DNA of 64,000 nucleotides from Escherichia coli (GTDB lineage Bacteria; Pseudomonadota; Gammaproteobacteria; Enterobacterales; Enterobacteriaceae): NCBI RefSeq assembly GCF_050320075.1, contig NZ_CP190018.1; one strand, 5' to 3'. Shown piece by piece: positions 51,787 to 62,000 of this stretch (position 1 is its first letter; each line of letters starts with the position of its first letter). The notes under the pieces were generated by a model. It saw only the letters and a program-made list of their open reading frames with translations, ran no database searches and was not told where the DNA came from. The position numbers and the translations under genes were made by a program.

Positions 51787-53121
51787 ATGAATAATGACAA
51801 TACCGATTACTTGAGTAATGAATCAGGGACGCTTTCGCGATTATTTAAACTACCTCAGCATGGGACCACCGTCCGCACAGAATTGATTGCGGGGATGACC
51901 ACTTTTTTAACCATGGTGTACATCGTTTTTGTGAACCCGCAAATCCTCGGCGCGGCACAAATGGACCCGAAAGTGGTGTTTGTTACCACCTGTTTGATTG
52001 CCGGTATCGGCAGTATTGCGATGGGGATATTTGCTAACTTACCCGTGGCGCTGGCTCCGGCAATGGGGCTGAACGCCTTCTTTGCGTTCGTGGTCGTGGG
52101 GGCGATGGGTATCTCCTGGCAGACCGGGATGGGCGCGATATTCTGGGGCGCAATTGGGCTATTTTTGCTCACGCTGTTTCGTATCCGTTACTGGATGATC
52201 TCCAACATTCCATTAAGTTTACGTATTGGCATCACCAGCGGAATCGGATTATTTATTGCCTTAATGGGATTAAAAAACACTGGCGTTATTGTCGCCAATA
52301 AAGACACCCTGGTGATGATTGGCGATTTAAGTTCTCACGGCGTGTTGTTAGGTATTTTAGGGTTTTTTATTATAACCGTGTTGTCATCACGTCATTTTCA
52401 TGCCGCGGTGCTTGTTTCTATTGTGGTGACGTCTTGCTGTGGATTATTTTTCGGTGATGTTCATTTTAGCGGTGTCTATTCCATTCCGCCTGATATTAGC
52501 GGCGTCATTGGTGAAGTAGATTTGAGCGGCGCGTTAACACTTGAACTCGCCGGTATCATTTTCTCCTTTATGCTGATCAACCTATTTGATTCATCAGGAA
52601 CATTAATTGGTGTAACTGATAAAGCTGGCTTAATAGATAGTAACGGTCAATTCCCCAATATGAATAAAGCGCTGTATGTTGATAGCGTCAGTTCGGTGGC
52701 AGGCGCATTTATTGGTACCTCATCTGTTACTGCCTATATTGAAAGTACTTCTGGTGTGGCGGTCGGTGGTCGCACGGGGCTGACGGCTGTCGTGGTCGGC
52801 GTTATGTTCCTGTTAGTTATGTTCTTCTCACCGCTGGTGGCGATGGTTCCTCCTTACGCAACCGCCGGAGCGTTAATCTTTGTTGGCGTGCTGATGACTT
52901 CGAGCCTGGCGCGCGTTAACTGGGATGATTTTACCGAATCGGTGCCTGCGTTTATTACCACGGTGATGATGCCCTTTACTTTCTCGATCACCGAAGGGAT
53001 TGCACTTGGCTTTATGTCGTACTGCATCATGAAAGTATGCACCGGGCGCTGGCGCGATCTGAACCTGTGTGTGGTGGTGGTCGCAGCTCTGTTTGCACTG
53101 AAGATTATTTTGGTGGATTAG
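51787..53121 (+). CDS. adeQ: Adenine permease AdeQ (YicO), NCS2/AzgA family
   Basis: 444 aa from MNNDNTDYLSNESGTLSRLFKLPQHGTTVRTELIAGMTTF; divergent from ade. Confidence 0.9.
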   Translation: MNNDNTDYLSNESGTLSRLFKLPQHGTTVRTELIAGMTTFLTMVYIVFVNPQILGAAQMDPKVVFVTTCLIAGIGSIAMGIFANLPVALAPAMGLNAFFAFVVVGAMGISWQTGMGAIFWGAIGLFLLTLFRIRYWMISNIPLSLRIGITSGIGLFIALMGLKNTGVIVANKDTLVMIGDLSSHGVLLGILGFFIITVLSSRHFHAAVLVSIVVTSCCGLFFGDVHFSGVYSIPPDISGVIGEVDLSGALTLELAGIIFSFMLINLFDSSGTLIGVTDKAGLIDSNGQFPNMNKALYVDSVSSVAGAFIGTSSVTAYIESTSGVAVGGRTGLTAVVVGVMFLLVMFFSPLVAMVPPYATAGALIFVGVLMTSSLARVNWDDFTESVPAFITTVMMPFTFSITEGIALGFMSYCIMKVCTGRWRDLNLCVVVVAALFALKIILVD

Positions 53122-53173
53122 TAACTGGCGAGGGTTTCCAGATATCATGAGTTCTGATTACGCAGGAGAACTC

Positions 53174-53626
53174 ATGATCTGGATAATGCTCGCCACGCTG
53201 GCGGTAGTGTTTGTGGTTGGTTTTCGGGTGCTGACATCCGGGGCCAGAAAAGCGATTCGCCGTCTCAGCGATCGGCTGAATATCGATGTCGTACCCGTGG
53301 AGTCGATGGTCGATCAAATGGGAAAGTCAGCCGGTGACGAATTTTTACGTTATTTGCATCGCCCGGATGAGTCGCACCTGCAAAACGCCGCGCAGGTATT
53401 GCTCATCTGGCAAATTGTCATTGTCGATGGTAGCGAACAGAACCTGCTGCAATGGCATCGGATTTTACAAAAAGCCCGCCTTGCCGCGCCGATTACCGAT
53501 GCTCAGGTCAGGCTGGCGCTGGGTTTTCTGCGCGAAACCGAACCTGAAATGCAGGATATTAATGCTTTTCAGATGCGCTATAACGCGTTCTTTCAGCCTG
53601 CCGAGGGCGTTCACTGGCTGCATTAA
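53174..53626 (+). CDS. yicN: DUF1198 protein YicN
   Basis: 150 aa from MIWIMLATLAVVFVVGFRVL. Confidence 0.85.
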   Translation: MIWIMLATLAVVFVVGFRVLTSGARKAIRRLSDRLNIDVVPVESMVDQMGKSAGDEFLRYLHRPDESHLQNAAQVLLIWQIVIVDGSEQNLLQWHRILQKARLAAPITDAQVRLALGFLRETEPEMQDINAFQMRYNAFFQPAEGVHWLH

Positions 53627-53635
53627 AACCGCTTC

Positions 53636-53710
53636 GTCTTATCAGCCTACAGACCGCGCCTGACCTGTAGGGTGGATAAGGCGTTCACGCCGCATCCGGT
53701 ATCGGAACTG
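53636..53710. repeat. REP palindromic element(s) downstream of yicN
   Basis: cctacagaccgcgcctgacctgtagggtggataaggcgttcacgccgcatccgg has the REP consensus shape. Confidence 0.65.
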
Positions 53711-53741
53711 ACAGTTGGTGAACGCATTATCTACGTTCTAT

Positions 53742-54065
53742 TTACAGCAGCACCTCCAGCCCGTGTTTTTGCACAATGCTGAGCAGTTTTAATGAAATGC
53801 CATTGGGGCGTTTAGCGCCACTTTCCCATTTTTGTACAGTTGAAACGCTGGTATTGAGATAGTGAGCGAAGACGGGCTGACTCACTTTTAATTTTTCCCG
53901 CAGTGCTTTTATCTCAACAGGTTGTAAGTCTTGCACGCTGGTCAGGCAGGCTTTGTCAAAAGTACGCATCGTTTCGGCAGAAATCGCATCGACGCTGGAC
54001 AATCCAGCCGCTGCGCTGTGAATAGCCTCAAATGCAGGACTTTTAAATTTAGTTTTTGCAGTCAT
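53742..54065 (-). CDS. HTH XRE-family antitoxin (HigA-like)
   Basis: 107 aa with a C-terminal HTH (LKVSQPVFAHYLNTSVSTVQKWESGAKRPNG); downstream of and overlapping the toxin ORF by 17 nt. Confidence 0.75.
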   Translation of the reverse strand: MTAKTKFKSPAFEAIHSAAAGLSSVDAISAETMRTFDKACLTSVQDLQPVEIKALREKLKVSQPVFAHYLNTSVSTVQKWESGAKRPNGISLKLLSIVQKHGLEVLL

Positions 54066-54408
54066 AGCAGATCTCTGTCAGTTCTTTAGTGTTAATCATT
54101 GCTGTCAGTTGGGCTTTCGTCAGGAAGGCATAATGCTTTGCAAGTTCACGAAACCCAGCCAGTTCCTGACTATTAATGTTCGACATATCCTGTTTTGCAT
54201 ATAAAAACGTGTAAAACCAATTGATTCCCCCTTTCGCCAGAATAATTGCACGCTCACGATTTTGGTGAAGGCGCTTTTTAAAAACGCCACCGCCAAGTGC
54301 ATCAGCTTTACCTTGTTCCGTTTCTAAAATGGCCCGGCACAACTCTTCATCTGTTATTGCATGAGACCTGGCTTCCCTTGCAAACCATTTGGTTTTAAAC
54401 ACGCGCAT
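54049..54408 (-). CDS. RelE/ParE-superfamily toxin, HigB-2-like
   Basis: 119 aa; toxin-first, HTH-antitoxin-second gene order typical of higBA; motif pattern (GGG.FKKRL, RAIIL, WFYTFLYAK...SN) resembles HigB-2-type toxins as recalled. Confidence 0.65.
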   Translation of the reverse strand: MRVFKTKWFAREARSHAITDEELCRAILETEQGKADALGGGVFKKRLHQNRERAIILAKGGINWFYTFLYAKQDMSNINSQELAGFRELAKHYAFLTKAQLTAMINTKELTEICYDCKN

Positions 54409-54634
54409 ATCGTTGAGATCCTGTTATTAAAGTATATCACCAAGTGCAATACTTTATCCCTTGTTCCCAACACAATCGCGAAAATACATATCACCTTGCC
54501 CTATGATTTTTATTTCTTCGAGCAGCCTCGAACTTTCCCACAACACCGTAAAAGTTGCAAAAACGTTAAATGCGTCACACATTTCAATGTTAAAGTGGTC
54601 GGCTTTTCCCCTGAAACATGCCACGGGTAACACC

Positions 54635-55819
54635 ATGAGTGAATTTATTGCCGAAAACCGCGGCGCGGATGTCATCACCCGACCGAACTGGTCAGCCGTT
54701 TTCTCGGTGGCGTTTTGCGTCGCCTGTCTGATTATCGTTGAGTTTTTGCCCGTCAGTTTGTTGACGCCAATGGCCCAGGATTTAGGCATTTCGGAGGGGG
54801 TTGCCGGGCAATCGGTGACCGTGACCGCCTTTGTGGCAATGTTTGCCAGTTTGTTTATTACCCAGACAATTCAGGCCACTGACCGCCGCTACGTTGTTAT
54901 TTTGTTTGCCGTTTTGCTGACGCTCTCCTGTTTGCTGGTTTCCTTTGCCAACTCATTCAGTTTGCTTTTAATCGGTCGTGCCTGTCTGGGGCTGGCGCTG
55001 GGCGGGTTCTGGGCGATGTCGGCGTCGCTGACCATGCGTCTGGTACCGCCGCGTACGGTGCCGAAGGCGCTGTCGGTGATCTTCGGCGCGGTTTCTATTG
55101 CGCTGGTGATTGCCGCGCCGTTGGGCAGTTTTTTAGGCGAGCTTATCGGTTGGCGCAATGTCTTTAATGCGGCGGCGGTGATGGGCGTGCTGTGTATTTT
55201 CTGGATTATCAAATCATTGCCTTCACTGCCAGGCGAACCCTCGCATCAGAAACAAAATACTTTCCGCTTATTACAACGTCCGGGTGTGATGGCAGGGATG
55301 ATCGCCATCTTCATGTCTTTCGCCGGGCAGTTTGCTTTCTTCACGTATATTCGCCCGGTGTATATGAACCTGGCGGGATTCGGCGTGGATGGCTTAACGC
55401 TGGTGCTGTTGAGTTTTGGCATTGCCAGCTTTATTGGTACGTCGCTTTCGTCGTTCATTCTTAAACGTTCGGTAAAACTGGCCTTAGCAGGCGCGCCGTT
55501 AATACTGGCTGTGAGTGCGTTGGTGCTGACGTTGTGGGGAAGCGATAAAATCGTTGCTACCGGCGTGGCAATTATCTGGAGGCTAACTTTTGCATTGGTT
55601 CCGGTCGGCTGGTCAACGTGGATCACCCGCTCACTGGCCGATCAGGCAGAAAAAGCCGGGTCAATTCAGGTGGCGGTTATTCAGCTTGCTAATACCTGTG
55701 GCGCGGCAATCGGCGGTTATGCGCTGGATAATATTGGTCTGACTTCGCCGTTGATGTTGTCCGGCACATTGATGTTGCTGACGGCGTTATTGGTCACCGC
55801 AAAGGTGAAAATGAAGTAA
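54635..55819 (+). CDS. nepI: Purine ribonucleoside efflux pump NepI (MFS)
   Basis: About 394 aa from [29 protein letters not shown]; the track ORF starts further upstream at 54461. Confidence 0.9.
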   Translation: MSEFIAENRGADVITRPNWSAVFSVAFCVACLIIVEFLPVSLLTPMAQDLGISEGVAGQSVTVTAFVAMFASLFITQTIQATDRRYVVILFAVLLTLSCLLVSFANSFSLLLIGRACLGLALGGFWAMSASLTMRLVPPRTVPKALSVIFGAVSIALVIAAPLGSFLGELIGWRNVFNAAAVMGVLCIFWIIKSLPSLPGEPSHQKQNTFRLLQRPGVMAGMIAIFMSFAGQFAFFTYIRPVYMNLAGFGVDGLTLVLLSFGIASFIGTSLSSFILKRSVKLALAGAPLILAVSALVLTLWGSDKIVATGVAIIWRLTFALVPVGWSTWITRSLADQAEKAGSIQVAVIQLANTCGAAIGGYALDNIGLTSPLMLSGTLMLLTALLVTAKVKMK

Positions 55820-56019
55820 CGTATTTACAGGAGGGGTTACTGCTCTGGCGGGAAGCTCTCCTGTTCTTCCCCTGATAACCATTGATCAGGTATTGTTCTT
55901 ATCTTGTTGTTATTTCCATTATTCCGCCTGTATTCATCATTTGCTAATCATGAATCATCATTTTCTCTCATGTTAAAGAAAGGTCATTTAATCTGAACGC
56001 ATAGCGACAGGGATGACAA

Positions 56020-59000
56020 ATGGCAGGGAAAGCGCATGGGAATGGCGATCGTCGGGGCGATAACACCATATGTGGATTGGGGGATCGTTTACGTCGTCTG
56101 ACCGCAGGTATTTGCCTGATAACACAAACTATTTTCCCTGTTATGGCTGCTGCCCCTACGCATATTAATCCTGCGCACTCGGATACTGCCGCGTCACTGA
56201 TCCTGCCGAACGTTAAAACTATTCCATATACCCTGGGTGCGTTGGAATCGCCACCAACGGTCGCGGCACGCTTTGGTATCACCGTTGATGAATTACGTCG
56301 CCTGAATCAGTTCCGTACCTTTGCGCGGGGCTTTGACAATGTGCGTCAGGGCGATGAAATAGATGTGCCCCTCATTAACAGTAATAGCCCCGAAGCGCGC
56401 AACCTGAAAGCAATGCAGATGGAGCGCGACGGCAAAGATCCGCAAATGCAGGTCGCGGAAATGGCGCAGCAAAGCGGAACACTTTTAGCTCGCGATATGG
56501 ACAGCGAACAGGCGGCGAGTATGGCGCGTGGCTGGGTGGCTTCTTCTGCATCTGCGCAGGCAACGGACTGGCTCAGTCGTTGGGGAACTGCCCGGGTATC
56601 TCTTGGTGTGGATGAAGATTTCAGCCTTAAAAGCTCGTCATTTGAATTTCTCCATCCCTGGTACGAAACGCCGGATAACCTGGTCTTCAGCCAGCACACA
56701 CTTCACCGTACGGATAATCGCACTCAAACCAACCACGGTATCGGCTGGCGTTATTTCACATCGAGCTGGATGTCTGGCGTCAATATGTTTATCGATCATG
56801 ACCTGACCCGCTATCACACCCGAACCGGGATGGGCGTTGAATACTGGCGCGATTACCTGAAACTGAGCGGCAACGGTTATCTGCGCCTGAGTAACTGGCG
56901 TAGTGCACCGGAACTCGACAATGACTATGAAGCACGTCCGGCGAACGGTTGGGATCTTCGCGCCGAAGGCTGGTTACCGGCCTGGCCGCAGCTGGGCGGC
57001 AAGGTGGTCTATGAACAATATTATGGCGATGAAGTGGCGCTGTTTGGTAAAGACGAGCGTCAAAATGATCCTCACGCGATTACCGCAGGTTTGAGTTATA
57101 CCCCTGTTCCTCTGATCTCCTTTAGTGCCGAGCAACGGCAGGGCAAACAGGGAGAAAACGACACCCGAATTGGTATGGAGTTGACGTTGCAACCCGGCCA
57201 TTCACTGCAAAAACAGCTCGATCCGGCTGAAGTTGCAGCACGACGTAGCCTTGTGGGCAGTCGCTATGACCTGGTCGATCGTAATAACAATATTGTCCTC
57301 GAATATCGCAAGAAAGAGCTGGTGCGGCTGACGCTGACCGATCCGTTGAAAGGCAAGCCGGGTGAGGTTAAATCGCTGGTTTCTTCCTTACAAACCAAAT
57401 ATGCGCTGAAAGGTTATGACATTGAAGCCGCCTCCCTGCAATCAGCGGGCGGAAAAGTAGCTGTTTCCGGCAAGGATATTCAGGTCACTATTCCTCCCTA
57501 CCGATTCACGGCAATGCCTGAAACCGACAACACTTACCCGATAGCGGTTACAGCGGAAGATTCGAAAGGAAATTTCTCCCGGCGTGAAGAAAGTATGGTG
57601 GTCGTGGAAAAACCCACATTAAGCCTCGCCGGTTCAACGCTTTCTGTCGATCTGCAAATCCTGCTTGCTGATGGAAAATCAACCTCAACGCTGACCTATA
57701 CCGCGCGAGATTCCAGCGGCAAGCCAATCCCAGGTATGACGTTAAAAACACAGGTGAAAGGTTTGCAGGATTTCGCCTTAAGCGAATGGAAAGACAACGG
57801 TAACGGAACCTATACCCAAATAGTTACCGCCGGGAAGACGTCTGGCGCGTTATCGCTGATGCCGCAATTTAACGGCGATGATATCGCTAAGACGCCAGCA
57901 CTGATTGCTATCGTGGCGAATACAGCATCCCGCGCTGACTCCACGATTGAGACAGACCAGGATAATTACGTCGCGGGTAAGCCGATAGTCGTTAAAGTGA
58001 CCCTGAGAGATGATAACGGCAACGGGGTTACCGGACGAAAAGAACTTCTCAAACAAACCGTTAAAGTTGACAACACGAAGGCTGATGCCGTTAGTGCCTG
58101 GACGGAAGAAAGTGAGGGAATTTACAAAGCAAGCTATACGGCCCATCTCATTGGCGACAAATTAACGGCCCAGCTGACGATGCCCGGCTGGCAAACCAAA
58201 CATTCGGATGCGTTCAGTATTGCGGGTGATAAAGATACCGCCAAAATCGCTGCGATGCAGATCACCGCGAATAACGCAGTTGCCAGACGCGATCACAATA
58301 CCGTCGCTGTGACGGTCAGGGATGTGCATCAAAATTTACTGCAGGGACAAAATGTTACCTTCACGGTCGTGAATGGTGCGGCGGTTTTTGCCGATCCAAA
58401 TGGCGGTATTGTGACGACAGATAAAGACGGGATTGCCAGCGTTAACCTTGCCAGTGACCAGGCGGTAAACAGTCTTATCAAGGCCGAGACCAATGGCAGT
58501 AGTCAGTCTGTGGAAGTGAGCTTTATTACTGGCGATATCTCTCAGCTGACCTCCACCATCAAGACAGACGATGTGTCATACACCGCGGGTGGCAAGATAA
58601 AAGTGTCAGTTACCCTTATGGATGAGCAGAAAAACCTGGTGAAAGGGATGGCTTCGCTGCTGGCGGGTAGCGGTGTGGTCGAGGTGAGCGGTACAGATAA
58701 AAATGAAACGGGTAACTGGAGCGAAGAGTCTGATGGCGTTTACACCACCACCCGAACCGCGAAGATTGCTGGCGATCGCCATTACGCCACGCTGAAACTA
58801 TCGACATGGAGTAGCGCGCAGCAATCCGATGCGTATGCCATCCGCGAAAGCGGAGCTGTGTTGGCTTATTCCTCCATCGTTACCGACAAAACGACCTACA
58901 CCGCGGGCGGCGCGATAAAAGTTACGGTAACACTCAAGGATAGCTATGAAAACCTGGTCGGGGGGCAACGAGACGCTATCAACCTGGCTATCCAGCTGCC

Positions 59001-62000
59001 AAATACAAAAGCGGAAAGCATCGCCTGGAATGAAGATCAAAAAGGAATTTATACCGCAACGTATACCGCCTTACTCCCTGGCACCGGTTTAAAAGCACAG
59101 CTACAGATGTCCGGCTGGGCGAACGCTCTGACTTCAAATGATTACAGTATTAGTGGCGATGCCGCCAGCGCACAAATTGTCGCGATGCAAGTGACAACGG
59201 GTAACCCGGATGTGCTGGCGAATGGCAGCGATCGACATACAGTGAATGTCCGGGTGGAAGATCAGTTTGGCAATGTGCTGCCGGAGCAGACCGTCACCTT
59301 TACGGTGACGAAGGGGGCGGCTGTATTTGCCAATGCAGGGCAGAGCGCAGGTATCAGGACGGATGCGCATGGCATGGCAGAGGTTGATCTGAGCAGTACC
59401 GTAGCGGATGCCAGCACTGTTGAGGCTAAGATCAATCAAAGCAGCGATAGTAAAACGGTGAACTTTGTTGCTGATGTTAGCACGGCGCAGGTCGCGGAGC
59501 TGGTGGTCATTAAGGATGGTTCAGAGGCGGACGGTTCGACGGCGAACACGCTGCGGGTGAAGGTCACCGATGCGTTCGGTAATACGCTTGCCGGGCAGAC
59601 GGTCAGCGTGTTGGCGGACAACGGTGCAACGGTCGCTCCGACGGTGATTACAGAGCCGGACGGCACGGTGGAGATCTCAGTCACCAGCCAGACCGCCGGA
59701 ACCAGTGTGGTCACCGCCAGCGTCAACAACAGCAGCCAGAGCCGGAACGTGACGTTTGTCGCCGATGTCAGGACGGCGAAGATCGCTGATCTGGTAGTCA
59801 CCCGGGATAACTCAGTGGCAGACGGTGCAATGGCGAACACGCTGCGGGTGAGGGTCACAGATGCGTTCGGGAATACGCTTGCCGGGCAGACGGTCAGCGT
59901 GATGGCAGACAACAGCGCAACGGTGTCTCCGACGGTCACTACAGAGCCGGACGGCACGGTGGAGATCAGTATCACCAGCCAGACAGCCGGAACCAGTACA
60001 GGCACTGCCAGCATCAACAACAGCAGCCTGAGCCGGAACGTGACGTTTATTGCGGATGTCAGGACGGCGAAGATCGCTGATCTGGTGGTCATTAAGGACG
60101 ACTCAGTGGCAGATGGTGTAATGGCGAATATGCTGCGGGCGAGGGTCACCGATGCGTTCGGGAATGTACTTGCCGGCCAGACGGTTAGCGTGACGGCGGA
60201 CAACGGCGCAACGGTTGCTCCGGTGGTCATCACAGGGCCGGACGGCACGGTGGAGATCTCAGTCACCAGCCAGACCGCCGGAACCAGTGCGATCACCGCC
60301 AGTATCAACAACAGCAGCCTGAGCCGGAACGTGACGTTTGTCGCCGATGTCAGGACGGCGAAGATCGCTGATCTGGTAGTCACCCGGGATAACTCAGTGG
60401 CAGACGGTGCAATGGCGAACACGCTGCGGGTGAGGGTCACAGATGCGTTCGGGAATACGCTGAATGGGCAGACGGTCAGCGTGTTGGCAGACAACGGTGC
60501 CACGACTGCTCCGACGGTCACCACGCAGCCGGACGGCACGGTGGAAATCAGTGTCACCAGCCAGACGGCGGGAGTCAGTACTGTCACTGCCAGCATTAAC
60601 AGCAGCAGCCTGATCCGGAACGTAACGTTTGTCGCGGATGTCAGGACGGCGCAGATAGCGAGTCTGGAGGTTACCCGGGATAACTCAGTGGCTGACGGCG
60701 CAATGGCGAACACGCTGCGGGTGAAGGTCACCGATGCGTTCGGGAATGCGCTGAATGGACAGACGGTCAGCGTGATGGCGGACAACGGCGCAACGGTTGC
60801 CCCGACGGTGATCACCGAGCCGGACGGCACGGTGGAAATCAGTGTCACCAGCCAGACGGCGGGAGTCAGTGCAGTCACTGCAACCATCAACAGCAGTAGT
60901 CAGAGTCAGAACGTGACATTTATCGCCGATGTCAGCACGGCGAAGATCGCTGATCTGGTGGTCATTAAGGATGGTTCAGAGGCAGACGGTTCGACGGCGA
61001 ACACGCTGCAGGTGAAGGTGACCGATGCGTTCGGGAATGCACTTGCCGGACAGACGGTCAGCGTGATGGCAGGCAACGGTGCCACGACTGCTCCGACGGT
61101 CACCACGCAGCCGGACGGCACGGTGGAGATCAGTGTCACCAGTCAGACCGCCGGAGCCAGTACAGTCACCGCCAGCATTAACAACAGCAGCCTGAGCCAG
61201 AACGTGACGTTTGTCGCCGATGTCAGCACGGCGAAGATCGCTGATCTGGTGGTCATTAAGGATGGTTCAGAGGCAGACGGTTCGACGGCGAACACGCTGC
61301 GGGCGAGGGTAACCGATGCATTCGGTAATGCACTTGCCGGACAGACGGTCAGCGTGATGGCAGGCAACGGCGCAACGGTTGCCCCGACGGTGATCACCGA
61401 GCCGGACGGCACGGTGGAAATCAGTGTCACCAGTCAGACGGCGGGAATCAGTGCAGTCACAGCCAGCATCAACAGCAGCAGTCAGAGCCGGGACGTGACA
61501 TTTATCGCCGATGTCAGGACGGCGAAGATCGCTGAACTGGAGGTCATCCGGGATAACGCGGTGGCAGACGGTTCGACGGCGAATACGCTGCAGGTGAAGG
61601 TCACCGATGCTAACGGTAATACGCTTGCCGGACAGGCGGTCAGCGTGTTGGCAGGCAACAGCGCAACGGTTGCTTCGACGGTGACCACAAAGCCGGATGG
61701 CACGGTGGAGATCAGTGTCACCAGTCAGACGGCAGGCACCAGTACAGTCACTGCCAGCATCAACAGCAGCAGCCTGAGCCGGAACGTGACGTTTGTCGCC
61801 GATGTCAGCACGGCAAAAATAGCGGATCTGGTCGTTATCCAGGATAACTCAGTGGCTGACGGCGCAATGGCGAACACGCTGCGGATGAGGGTCACGGATG
61901 CATTCGGTAATACGCTTGGCGGACAGACGGTCAGCGTGACGGCAGACAACAGTGCAATGGTCGCTTCGACTGTCATCACAGGGCCGGACGGTACGGTGGA

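Noticed and set aside
54461-54634. N-terminal extension of nepI (track start 54461)
   Set aside because: The upstream in-frame codons give a non-membrane leader with no RBS; the conserved NepI sequence starts at [10 protein letters not shown] (54635).
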